From Octopus sinensis (Eukaryota), in contig NW_021832774.1 of assembly GCF_006345805.1 (NCBI RefSeq), positions 1-37,394 on the forward strand: a stretch of 37,394 nt of DNA, written 5' to 3'. The position numbers were made by a program, and so were the translations under genes. Under the pieces are notes generated by a model, which was not told the DNA's origin, made no database searches, and saw nothing but the letters and a program-made list of their open reading frames with translations. Of this stretch, positions 24,402 through 37,394 are shown piece after piece (position 1 is the stretch's first letter; each line of letters starts with the position of its first letter).

Positions 24402-25100
24402 AATATCATTCAGTAAGTGCGAAGCAGGCCGGATGCCTTCAAAGAAGTGTCATACTTGCGGAGAATGTATATGTTTCGTAAAACTACCATATGTTAAAGA
24501 CAGGCTCAATGCCTCAATCCATCTAGTATTCTATGAGGAGAGATTGAATGCACAATTTGCATACTACAAGATACCCGTTAGTAAATTCCTATCTAGGAAA
24601 AGTGCAACAGAAAGCAACGATATATGCATGCTAGCTAATTTGGGATGTGTCCTAACGCTCTTACGTAGTGTACTAAATAGTTTGCAGTAATTGTGGTAGA
24701 TTCTATGTCGAAAACAATATTGAAGAAATCCATAGATGTATTTCATTCCAGAGAAACGTCACTCCCTAGATATCTTGGTGATTATTTTGGTGACTGAACG
24801 GATTATTGGGAATTTAAGGATTAAAATGTGTATCCTCAATAGATTAACCACATCGTTTAGTAACAGATTCAAGCTGCCCAAAGAGATTTGTTGTTGTCAC
24901 AGTTGTTTCTAACTGTAGCAGCCACACCTTCCTGTCCCATATATCTGCAGAGACTGATAACCACCTCTTCGTCACATTTCATTAAGCGGCGTTGAATTGT
25001 TTTCTTTTTACTTCTCTCGTTACATTCTTATTTACATTTTGTTTTATATTGGCTTTCTAAAGCAAATTTAGTTCCAACTTCCTCGGAAAGTATAGCCTGA

Positions 25101-25830
25101 TTGATGAACAGCAATAGACAACCAGAAAATTTTACGCAACAGGAGACCAAATACAATGTTATATGTTTGTCCACTGAATGTCACGCATTATTATATTGTA
25201 AGATAATTCTAAAGTGTCAGGGAGAAATAGGGCATCTTCGATCAACAGAAGGTATATCTAACTCTCACTTTGAAGGGCATACTTTAGCATTGCAGGCGCA
25301 GGGAAACAATGAAATGCATGATACACAATAGAGATAGCAGCACAGATACAAACCTAGATGTAACAACCAATGCAACGTCTGTAGAATTAGTGCTGAAGAT
25401 GTAATCCATATCACACGCAACTATCTGATAATGTCATCACAACATCATCTGTGAATGAGAAATTATACTGTGGCAATGTAATGGCTAGAAAGAATGTTTC
25501 TGCATATAAGTATCTGCTGTAGTGAGGAGGGCATACTCATCCGCTTTTTTTTAAGTATATATGTGAAATGTTCTTCTCAAAGACTCTGTAAAATGTAGGA
25601 TCACAGAGCAGACATGATGATGAGCGACAGAGAAATAGAAGGGCGCACATTTGTTGAGCAAACTGTGCAGCAGACGTTGGTATGACGATAAAGATAAAGA
25701 AAAAAGAAAACGTATATGGCGTAATTATAAGAAATCTACAAATAATCCAAGCGGACTGTAACATCAGGTTTATGGTCATAACTATCACTTACCTTGCCTC
25801 ATCACTAGTAATAGGAAACTGTGTTTCTCA
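25101..25830 (+). pseudogene. Old R4/Dong-like non-LTR retrotransposon remnant (zinc knuckle plus RLE endonuclease)
   Basis: Translation SNSHFEGHTLALQAQ, then CNVC-RISAEDVI-H-ITRN-Y (CX2CX8HX4C with the last C as TAT; 25371-25424). Further on: RADMMMSDRE...TFVE, CAADV and KKKENVYGVIIRNLQII. Many stops and frameshifts. Confidence 0.7.
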
Positions 25831-26224
25831 AATTAAAAAGGACATGACTAATTAAGATATTGCAACTATAAGCCATCAGTGGAACTATGAAAAATATTAG
25901 AAAAATATACTAAAATATTAGTGAGAACATTTATACGCATGAAGACTTACACACAAGAATAGATGTTCATATACGTATTAAAATGTGAAGACATCCAATT
26001 TCTTACATGATTCTTGCACAGATATACACGCACGTAAGTGTATACATACATAAATACATGCGTAATTGCACATATACATGAATATGTTGTTAATGCTGTC
26101 CGGGTCCCAATCAAAGATCCTAAGTTCTGAATTAGAAACTGGCTCTTTCATTTGTAATGAGATATCTGGAAAATGAAACGAGAACATATATACAAATACA
26201 TACACATGTACGTACCTATACACC

Positions 26225-26685
26225 TATGTATGTATATATGTATACATGTATGTATGTATGTATGTATGTATGTATGTACGGTCATATATATTGGCTAAAC
26301 TGGCAATATGACCATTCCGAAATATAATATATATACATATGAGATATATAGAAAATGAAGCGAAAACATATATACATATACATACACATATACGTACATA
26401 TACACATATGTATATATGTATACATGTATACGTACATATACATATATGTATGTATATATGTATACATGTATGTATGTATGTACGCACATACATGCATACA
26501 TGTATACATATATACATACATATGTGTATGTGTACGTATATGTGTATGTACATACGCACATACGTACACATACATACACACATACATACACATCGACATA
26601 CATACAGATAAACATACGTACATACATACATACATAAATGCATACATACATACATACATACATACATACATACATACATACATAG
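26225..26685. repeat. (TATG)n ... (CATA)n compound microsatellite
   Basis: Directly visible. Confidence 0.9.
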
Positions 26686-27104
26686 TTACACACACTCAGA
26701 TGAAAAAGAAGAGATTTAACAAGAGGAAGAAAGAGATAAAGTTCGAGAGGAAAGGCAGAGGAAGAGAGACACAAACACAGAGAATGTGTGTGCGTTTATG
26801 TGTGTGTGTCCGTGTTTGTGCGCGCGCGTGTGTGTGTGTATGTGTATGTGTGTGTGTGAGTGTGTGTGTTTATGCGTTGATGAGTGTGCATGCGCGAGTA
26901 GTTTTCGGTTAGTGTTTCTGTGTATATGCTACGAAGTACACTGTAAAGAAACAGTGTCTGAGGCTAATTGATTGATTGAGTGGTCGCTGTGGTTTCTGAC
27001 GATAGTAACAGAGTCTCCAAGGAGCTGTCAGAAAACAGAAGACATTGCAACAACAACGACTAAGTGAAAGAGGAAGGGAAGGAATGGAGGTGAGAGTGTT
27101 GGAA

Positions 27105-27439
27105 GAAGAAGAAGAAGAAGAAGAAGAAGAAGAAGAAGAAGAAGAAGAAGAAGAAAAATGAGGGAAGTTGAGAACTATAAAGATGTAAAATGAGAAGAAA
27201 AAAAAAGCGTATATTGTGGCTATGATGATGGTGATTGTGGCTGTTATGATGGTGGTCGTGAAAGTGGTACAGCTATTGTTGCTGTTATTGTGGTAGTCCT
27301 GGTGGTAGTGCTGGTGGCCTTGGTAGTGGAAGTAGTGCAGGTGCTAGTGATAGTGTGGTGTTGTTTGTTGATGAAGATGCTGTTGGTGGTAATGGGGGTG
27401 CTGGTATTGGCTGTGGCAACAGTGATGTGGTGGTGGTGG

Positions 27440-27496
<57 letters not shown>

Positions 27497-27790
27497 CGAC
27501 AATAGTAGTGGTGGTGGTGGCGGTGTTCATGATATGGGTGATGGTGGTGATGGTGAGGTCGGTGACGGTGAAGATAACGGTGACGTCAACGACAACGACG
27601 ACGATGAGGACGACGAAGATGATGATGAGGATACTGAGGAGCAGGACAAGAAGGAAGATGATGATGGTTGGTGTGATGATCATGAATACATACATCATCA
27701 TCGTCATCATTTTCACAATCATCATCATCATCATCATTACTATCATCAGTTTCATCATCTTCCTCATCGTGTCGATGAAACAGAAGAATG
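27105..27790. repeat. (GAA)n followed by cryptic trinucleotide region (GGT/GAT/GAC/CAT)
   Basis: Directly visible. Confidence 0.9.
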
Positions 27791-28069
27791 AAGAAAAAGG
27801 AGTAGGAGGTGACAAACAGCAATGGGCGCCGCACTGATATAATAATATTTAAGAGATCGCTGAGAGTGGATGGACGCGTTAGGATGTGTAGGGCATGACT
27901 GCGGGGTTGAGAGTATCGGTTGAGAGGACCAACTAACGAGACCAAATTGACTGATGCCTCATTTGACATGAGGAAAAAATATAATCAAGATGCGATGGGA
28001 GAAAGTGTGTGCTTAAACGTCACTTTTTCATAATACACAGACATATATACAGGCATACGTATATATAGA

Positions 28070-28278
<209 letters not shown>

Positions 28279-29214
28279 GCATGCATAAAAGTATACCATG
28301 TGTACGAGCTTTTGTGTCCATTGCCGTGTGCTACGTCGCTGAGAGAGTGTCTACAGGTATTGATATAATGTTATCTACACACGCATATCCCCCACAAAGA
28401 TATAATAAGAGTGCGTGTGTATATATATATATATATATGCTGGGATGTATGTATATATGTATATCTATATACATATATATGCATGTGTGTGTGTCGTATG
28501 TATGAATATGCGTAGATGTATGTATGTATGTGTGTATTTTTGTACATATATGCATTAACAATGCGTACATGATACGTGTGAATGTATGTATATGTATGCA
28601 TTAACTGACACACACATACAGATGCTCAAGTATACAACTTCTTTTAACTCTCATATCAGCAGTTGTCGAGTAACAAGGGAAAGTAACTCTGATATACACG
28701 TTTCTGGCGATCTTCTTCGCGTCTTTGACATTAATAAAGTTTATTTTGTCCCATGACATTCATTCTCTCACTTTTATATATTTTGTTAACGGATACTGAA
28801 ACTAATGAGGTGTGCATATAAGAGAATGAAAGTGACTTTCTGCGATAAAGTGAGCGAAGGGGAGAGAGACAGACAGAGCGACTGAGTGGGAAACACAGAG
28901 ACAGAGAGAGAGAGAGACAGAAAGAAGCAGAGAAAAAAAGATGGATGCGAAGTAATGATGGAAGAATGGGAGAAGAGTAATGGAGAAGGCAAAAATAGGT
29001 GAAGGGTGACAGCGGAGAAGGATATAAAGGATGGGAAGTAGTGTAGGAGTGTACAGAGGATAAAGTTGGAGGAAGGCGAATCTTTAAGACAGAAAGTGAA
29101 AGTGAAAGTGGATAGAACAAAGTGAAGAAACTATGACGCCGCTTATGATTAGTAAGAGAGGGATGAAAGAATGCGATTGATAGATTGATAGACAAACAGG
29201 GAGACACAGAGAAA

Positions 29215-29510
<296 letters not shown>

Positions 29511-29810
29511 GTAGAATAGATAGACAATACATACGTACGTACATACACACACATACATACATAATACATACGTACATAAATAATTACATATATACATATA
29601 TACTTGAATGAGTGCATACACGGATAGATGGATGGAGAGATAGTTAAAAAGGAGCAGATACAAACATAGGTATTAACAGTCTATGCTCGTATAAACTGAC
29701 AAACACAATACAGTTTAATATATAAATAAGGAGAGAAGAAGAAAAAAGGGAAGAAAGAGTGAAATTGCTCTCCTCCACACACAAACATATATATATGTGT
29801 GTGTGTATGC

Positions 29811-29851
<41 letters not shown>

Positions 29852-30968
29852 CTATATATAATATATCTATATATATATATATATTATATATATATTATAT
29901 ATTACATCACATATATATATATAATCGAAGGAAGACCTAAATTTTTCACTCGTAGAAGAAAGCTTTAATTTGTAGAAAGAATTCCAAAGAGGGAAATAGT
30001 GGGAGAAATGGCGTGAGTGAACCGGATATTCCATAAACTTAAGCGGTTTCCTATTGCTGAACCTCTAACCTATAATTCAGGATGAACAGATTATATGGTC
30101 TGTGCGAACTTCCCAACATGCTGTCATCGAAGTTTCGACCGGATGTAGAATACAAAGATTATTTGGAGTGGAGGACAGTGTTGACTCAACCACAGTTATC
30201 AAGACCAATTGATGGCTGCTTGAGATCTACAGATGAAATAGGTAGATGTACGGGCAGTATTCACGTGTGTTTGTGCGCGCGCGCGTGTGTGTGTGTGTGT
30301 GTGTGTCTAGTTGGAGGAGGGGAACGCGCGTGTGTGTGTGTATTGTTCGTGGTAAATATACGCATGCAAGTATCATGTATGCATCTATAAGTATGCGTAT
30401 GTAGTAAACACATTTCGAGCCAAGGGAATCGATGTATATATGTATATGCACGCATATATATATATATATATATATACATACATACATACATATATAATAT
30501 ATATATATGTATATATTTATATATATATATATATATAAATACACACACCTGTATGCATATATGTTATATATATGTGTGTGTATATATAGATATATGTATA
30601 CGTATGCGTATACATATATCTATTCACACACCTGTACGCACATATGTTATATGTGTGTGTGTATATATGTATATAGCTATATGTATACGTATGCGAATAT
30701 ATATACACATACACACACACTCACTCATACATACACACACATATACACATATATGCATGTGTGTGTATTTGTACAGGTATAAAAGATGCAGTATGGCGCT
30801 GCTGTTTACATGTGGTTACATAGCTCGCAATACGCACTGTCTTGGGCTCCCGTAGTGCGTTCTGTACATGTTTAGAAACAGATGATGCATTTATACCGTG
30901 GTTTCCGATGACGATCGCAGTGTCGAAGTATATGGACACTAGCGCGCGCGTTGTTTTTGTATTTGTGA

Positions 30969-31003
<35 letters not shown>

Positions 31004-31024
31004 GTGTGTGTGTTTGTAATAGAC

Positions 31025-31104
31025 TAACAGACAGAAAAGCAGAAAGACAGACAGAGAGACAGACAGACTGACTGACAGACAGACAGACAGATAGACAGAT
31101 AGAC

Positions 31105-31138
<34 letters not shown>

Positions 31139-31325
31139 GTTTCTTTATTGGCCACACAGGGCTGCACACAGATGGGACAAGTTACAAGGTAGAGCTTTTC
31201 TTTTGGGGGATGAAAAAAACAAAAAAACAAAAGAAACAACAGAAAAAAAAGAAAAGGGGTTTTCGATCAAGAGGGATCGTAAAAGGGAAGAAAAGAACAA
31301 AAAAAATAAAATAAAATAAAAAATA

Positions 31326-31420
<95 letters not shown>
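31025..31420. repeat. (GACA)n-(GATA)n and a second (GATA)n tract (31329-31420)
   Basis: Directly visible. Confidence 0.9.
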
Positions 31421-31421
<1 letters not shown>

Positions 31422-32313
31422 TCAGGTAGGTAATTGGATGGACACCCCGAATATACATCGATCTTATCTAACCTACAATCTATATCATCCCATTAAACAC
31501 CCTAGTATATATACAATATACAATTCTATTTCACTCATGATGCTATTAGAGACAGAAGAAAGTTAGTAGTACATGCGAACTATTAGTGTGGTATAATAAA
31601 ACAAATGTTTTTGTGAACGCGAACACTCAGGCGTCTGTTTGCGTTTAGAGATACCCACAACGCTGCTTTATTGCATTCTGACCAAATTGGACGTTATTTA
31701 CCACGATTTAGCGGAGTCATGTTAAATAATAAGTATATCTTAGCGAAGATCTACCACCTCTCTTTGTAACGGTGTCGTATTCTGCGTTGGTTGTTTTGAT
31801 TTTTTATGGTTCTCCAAATCTATGAGCCTCTTCTCCTATAAAAGTCTGGAATAAATAGCAGAACTCTTGTAAATACTATTTGTGACTCAGCATCTCTGCT
31901 CCGAGGAATTTTGTCTCATGTGGCCTTAATCAAATTATAGACTCAGGCATGTCTGTGTTGTTATAAAATTCGATTTGCAGCTATGCAACTTCTGGTCTGA
32001 TTCTGATGAGCAGTAGCCTGGGTGTCATCAGCCCATAGGTGCATAACACTGCATCAATGAAAGCTCTGAGGGTGAAATTTAGTTGCTGGGAATGACGTAG
32101 AAAAAAAACCATCTGAGCAAGCATTCATTTTTCTTAGTTGTAGACATAATGCTTCAGCTGCTAAATTATCATCTGGGCCTTAGATGCTTTTAGGTACTTA
32201 CACTCTGTTATAAGCTTTCTTGTCATATACCTGAGAATAATCCGTAATCCTTTCCAATCACGTTTCTTGAAGGTCCCTGGAAAACACACAACAATAATAA
32301 TAATAATAATAAT

Positions 32314-32807
32314 ACAGAGTATCTCAACAGGCATGATAGAGCTGCACAATATATTCACTGGGTAATTTGTAAAAACCTGGATTTGCCCCATGAAAAAAAC
32401 TGGTGGGAACACAATCCACCTCCAGTGCTTGAAAATGACCACATCTCACTCTTCTGGAACTTCACCATTCAAACTGACAGGAAGATAGATGCAAATAGGC
32501 CAGACATCATATTGAAAGACTTCAGACAAAAAACATGCCTCCTCATTGATATGACTGTCCCAATCGACGTAAACGTATCTGTCAGGACCTAACTGAAACT
32601 GAGCAAATGTAAAGATCTGGAAATAGAAATCAGCAAAATGTGGAACCTGAAGACTGGTTCTCTGTTGTCATAGATGCCCTGGGAATGATAGCAAAAGGGG
32701 CTGATTGCTACCTAACTCAGATACCAGGAAACCCAAAAATGGCAGAAATTCAAAAGATAGTGCTCATGGTAACTGCTCATATCCTACGCAAATTACTTTC
32801 TATGTAA
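32314..32807 (+). pseudogene. RLE (PD-D/ExK) endonuclease C-terminus of an R4/Dong-like ORF
   Basis: EYLNRHDRAAQYIHW...LFWNFTIQTD...NRPDII...LLIDMTVP...KLSKCKDL...VVIDALG...HILRKLLSM*. In-frame TAA at 32590-92, frameshift near 32660, terminal TAA at 32805-07. Confidence 0.9.
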
Positions 32808-32997
32808 TCTCAAGTTTTAAAACAAACATAATTTTCGTATGGTTTTTTAGGCATTCACTAATACAACACTGAGTACAAAACCAAATATATGGCACCCTAG
32901 GCATAACACCAACACGAACTTCCAACTTGTTGTCTCTTGAGGTCTCTGGGTGAGACTTGGAGCCAGCTTGTGCAAATGTAAAACAAAAGTCAAACAT
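32314..32997 (+). mobile_element. 5'-truncated R4/Dong-clade non-LTR retrotransposon inserted in (TAA)n
   Basis: RLE-domain coding remnant plus an about 190-bp 3' UTR. (TAA)n at 32293-32313 and about 32998-33123. Confidence 0.9.
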
Positions 32998-32999
32998 AG

Positions 33000-33033
<34 letters not shown>

Positions 33034-33052
33034 TAATAATAATAATAATAAT

Positions 33053-33090
<38 letters not shown>

Positions 33091-34500
33091 TAATAATAAT
33101 GTCAATAATATTAATAATAATAATGATGCACTGCTGAATCCGGAATTAGTTGCCGTATTTATCAAGAAGTTAGTAAACACTCTATCACATGCACATAGAA
33201 ACAGACATACCATTTATACATCTGTTTATGTGAGCGTGTATGTGTTTGTGTGCATATGGATGTGAGTGTGTGTGTGTGGTGTGTGTGTGTGTGTGTGTGG
33301 TGTGTGTGTGTGTGTCTGTGAGTGCTTGTATTTGTGTAACAAGAAAAGCACATAAAGTCAACTCAGCAGGTGAAACAGTAAGTAGTCAGATTATTTGCCA
33401 GCCGAGTGGTCAGGTAATAGCTATATCATTAAGCATTGCACTGTTTGCTTTCAATGATGTTTATAAAGTTATTGCATTACTTTGTTTCTTTTTTTTGTGT
33501 GTTTTTTCCCCCCTCTCTGTTGTTTGATTGCAAATTTTTTGTTTGATTCTAGTTTATTGTTCTTTAGTTTTGTTTCGTATTGTTTAACTTTTATTACCTT
33601 CGCAGTTATTTAACTTCATTGAAGTCCATATATTTTCAAATAGACGCTTTTTCAACGCTACCAAGATAAAAATATCTTAATGTAATAAACATAGCCGTTG
33701 TAGTTATTGCTGTTTTGTGCCCCATATCAACGTCGATCCAGCAAACCGATTACCAACAGCAATATAACCGTGATCTTCTTAGCGGTTTTTTTAGTGGGTA
33801 ACTAAGACTATATTATGCAATGTGCCTTACAATTTTAAGAAGTTAGAATATGATTGTAGGAGATTTGGTTGCTATTTATAACAGTTCAAATGAACGCTTA
33901 GCGGTTCCTTCGAAGGATCTGGTGTGATTCAAAGGAGATTTGGAAACAGTTCAAGTGATCGTGTAACGGATTGCTCATAAATGAGGCTTTGATATCAGTA
34001 ACAGTTTGTTACTATTTCTGGCATGTTTTCTAAAAACATTTACTGCTTCATTGAATATTTGTTTCTGTTAGCGACGTATTGACTGCCTTTCAAATTGTGC
34101 TTCTTGTAAGATTCACCTCACCATTACTGGTAATAGAACTCTTATCATGTATTCGCTGCTATAAGACCAGCAAGCGTCTTTTAAGTGCTTAATGACCACT
34201 GTGAATCGTCACCCTCGGGATTCAAATCTTTAACTCAGATACTTGCCTAATAAAGTCAGGCATATATTAACATAGGTCTTAATAAATTATTCCCAATATT
34301 TATTCAGTGACTAGAGCAGCAAAGTTACAATCTAATTACTACATTAAATTTCTAGAAACGATAAACTAAATTTGGCCCAAATTTGAATACAGAAAAAAAG
34401 AACATATAACCAACAATAACCATCTTAAAGCAAGTACTCTGTATACATATTAATGCTCATATATTCATCTAAGGATTTTGCTGCACACAAAATCACTCAT

Positions 34501-34555
<55 letters not shown>

Positions 34556-34614
34556 CACATAAAGAGAAAGTTTACGAAAATGTATTAGTATAGCGCTCAG
34601 GAATAGAAAAAGTA

Positions 34615-34648
34615 TTTTACGTTTCGAGCCTACGCTCTTCGACAGAAA
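34615..34648 (-). ncRNA. Minimal hammerhead motif, CUGUCGA variant
   Basis: Minus strand reads TTT-CTGTCGA-A-GAGC gtag GCTC-GAAAC GTA-AAA. All stems are intact; core position 6 is U instead of A. Confidence 0.7.
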
Positions 34649-34717
34649 GATACACAGAAAAAAACAAGGAGAGAAAAAAGATGCGTGTAGGAGCTAACGA
34701 TCTAACATGGCGTCCTC

Positions 34718-34748
<31 letters not shown>

Positions 34749-35287
34749 CATACACACCGACATATGCTCACATACACACACATATGTATGTGTGCGTATT
34801 TATGTATAGATATATATATACACATACCTATATGCATACATACAAACGTGCATACATACATACATACATACATACAAGCACATAGTATGCATATATTGTA
34901 AAGGGGAAATTATTGAATAGAGCTAAGTGTGCTAGGGCTTCCTAATTCCAGTTTTTCTAAGTACTAGTTAAAAAGGGTACAGTTACAAGTGATTTATTAC
35001 AAGGAAGAACTAGTATAACATTGAATTAAGAATGGGAAAATAGACAAGAAGGCGGACGCGGAGGCTGTACGATCTATGTAAAGTGTGATAAAAACATTAA
35101 AAAAATATATATATTAGCAAATAAGTAACTAACAAACACTTTCCAAACAATTTTGAATTTTAAGAAATGTCTAATTTATATGTTTATAGAACCATCTAAA
35201 ATGTTTCAAATCTAGGTTATAAAGTTCGAAAAGTTATATGTGTGATTTAAAATATATTACTAGAACGAACTAAACATTTCAGATATA

Positions 35288-35466
35288 CCTTATTTTAACG
35301 TGTTTAAGTTACCCTCCTGTATAAGGAACTCCCTACTTTTGGGGGCTTAAAATTTGGGAAAAAGGTTTTGTAAGGGATTACAAAACTATCCATGTATAAG
35401 AAACACCCATATTTTTTAAGCCTAATTTTTGACAAAAAAGGGTTTCTTATACACGTTAAAATACGG
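35288..35466. mobile_element. 179-bp MITE (TA-flanked, Tc1/mariner/pogo-type non-autonomous)
   Basis: 21-bp TIRs CCTTATTTTAACGTGTTTAAG (35288-308) versus revcomp CCGTATTTTAACGTGTATAAG (35446-66), 19/21. TA at 35286-87 and 35467-68. Confidence 0.85.
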
Positions 35467-35537
35467 TAATTTTAATTAAAATGTATGTGTAGGTGTTTAA
35501 AATGTAATTTTTAGAGATCAGTGTGTCAGATGGTTAG

Positions 35538-35604
35538 GAATGTAAAACCGGAGGAAATGCCATTCAGCATTTTGACCGGCGCAGTAATAATCCTACCAGC
35601 TTAA
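35538..35604 (-). mobile_element. Degenerate SINE family E head fragment
   Basis: Revcomp AGCTGGTAGGATTATTACTGCGCCGGTCAAAATGCTGAATGGCATTTCC resembles the family E 5' end. Confidence 0.5.
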
Positions 35605-35892
35605 GGGGTGATTTTAATGAGAAGAGTAGGGAATAGATAAGAAAGACAAATCTAAAAGGTGTATGAAAAGGTAATTCATAATCGTGAACAATAAAATCAT
35701 TTTGATAAAGAAATGTAAATAAGTTAATAAAGTAGTAAGACATTAATTAAATGATGAATTCTCTGTGTAAGAGACTGAAATTCACTAAAGATAATTAATG
35801 TCGGTAAATCATAAAAGTATTTAATTACTAGTATCTTTCTACGAGTAAAACTGAGTGTACTAAGTTATAATTTCAAGAAGTAAATTTTTCTC

Positions 35893-35933
<41 letters not shown>

Positions 35934-36422
35934 ATATATAGTGAGGTTTTGTAATAGATATTTTAAAGTGTTTGCGTATATGTGTCTGTGGATGGGTAGG
36001 TATGTGTGTTTATGTGTGTGCGTATGTGCGTGTTTACAAACAAAACAAGTGTGTAGTTTATATTTATTGAGAATCAGTAATTGATTCATTTTATTATTAC
36101 TCAGAATTTCAAACACGTAAGATACAGTCGTGATCTGTTAGTATGCGGTGAAAGGAAAAACGTGCAATACACTTGATCAGCGATTTTCATTGGTCGAAGT
36201 GGGTCATGAAATCAGATATTTTGCAGGTTAATCTGATTGACTATTACGGTGCAAGATTATCCAATCCACACGTATGACAGCCAAAAACATTACTACTCAA
36301 CGAAGCTCTCAATATTTGGTGAATATCAATGTGAGCAACAGCACTAGAAAACTTGCATTTCGGTAACTTCTTGACGTCTTCAAGTTCAGACTAAAATCTA
36401 TAATCATTGTGTGTGTGTGCGT

Positions 36423-36716
36423 GACGGGTTCTCTCGTCGAAGACGACGTGTGAGCATTCAGCTTTTGCCGAACGACCTGCACAAATGATTTGCTTATAGT
36501 GATCAAATGCTCGTGTCACACATTAGCTCACTCACTCCATCAAATCGACGTTGACGCAGCAGCTGTCGAAGTGATCGCAGAACAACTCGAGATTAAGTGT
36601 TTTGCTCAAGAACACAACGTACCACCCGGTCCGGGAATTGAAATCACGATCGCTACAGCAACACCCTAATCACTAAGTGAGTGGAACACTCTAGCCTCTA
36701 GGCCATGTGCTCTCAC
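36423..36716 (-). mobile_element. SINE family C copy
   Basis: Homologous to 16771-17035. The tRNA-like head appears partly duplicated (two A-box-like segments). Confidence 0.8.
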
Positions 36717-36730
36717 ATATATATGCATGT

Positions 36731-36771
<41 letters not shown>

Positions 36772-37394
36772 ATATATATTATATATGTATATATGTACAC
36801 ATATATATTTATGTATATGATGTATTTATCTCAATATATTACACACACACATACACATACTCTCTCTCTCTCTTTCTCACACACACAAATATAACCTTAA
36901 ACATACATAGATATGGATATGTGATGTAAACATATTTGAAACACACACCTTGTCACACAGGTTTGCTTCTGTACATCTTTTTACTCGTATTTATCATGTA
37001 TAGGTTTGCCTTTTTCTTACCTATCTATCATAATAAATAAATAACCGAACAGCCAACAAGACAGATGGGCGAGAATCAGTTTGACTTAGCCAACAAGCAA
37101 TACGCTTTGGCATCATGAAACAATCCAACAGCCAGTCAAATAATCGTCAGTATATACATGCATCAATATATCTGGCAAACTATCAAGCCAGATATGATTT
37201 ATTTTAACCGCCTTCCTTACAGAATATTACCGTCAACATTTCTAAAGAATCCACTTCTGTTCACGTCTATAACATTCTTTTTTTTTTTCCTACCCATCAT
37301 TCATTTATCAACAGCTCTCTCCTATTCTCAACTGTCAATCTACATATTCAGCTACACAAGAACATTCCTGCAAATATCTCCCAAACAATCTCTT

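Noticed and set aside
24410-24420. CA|GTAAGT splice-donor-like site
   Set aside because: No upstream acceptor or coding exon can be supported.
27285-27969. His/Asp/Met-rich ORFs
   Set aside because: They come from GAT/CAT/GGT cryptic repeats and are open in several frames on both strands.
30120-30170. GGTCGAAAC on the minus strand
   Set aside because: No upstream CUGANGA and no stem I.
32004-32032. CTGATGA...TCATCAG inverted repeat
   Set aside because: A simple hairpin with no GAAA; not a hammerhead.
31900-32280. Possible APE endonuclease remnant on the minus strand (..GPDDNLAAEALCLQLRK)
   Set aside because: Resemblance is too weak to call without an HMM search.

Overview
Animal genomic DNA that looks intronic or intergenic, with no host-gene exon I can support. 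Nearly all listed ORFs are translations of microsatellites. The very high density of di-, tri- and tetranucleotide repeats and the tRNA-derived SINE families resemble a coleoid cephalopod (Octopus-like); this is from recall and unverified. Supported elements: a full-length decayed DD37D (maT-type) Tc1/mariner transposon (391-1681), two different R4/Dong-like RLE retrotransposon remnants (about 25.1-25.8 kb and 32.3-33.0 kb), about 15 SINE copies from several families (two nested insertions with TSDs, one 184-bp tandem-module composite), a 179-bp TA-flanked MITE and a (TAA)n-embedded orphan element. The most notable signal is a recurring set of about 160-215 bp non-coding cassettes sitting between (TA)n tracts. 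Each carries a minimal type I hammerhead-ribozyme motif with a palindromic stem III, like those described for Penelope-like elements. Two have an intact core (13465-13543 +, 20694-20728 -). Two share an unusual CUGUYGA core.
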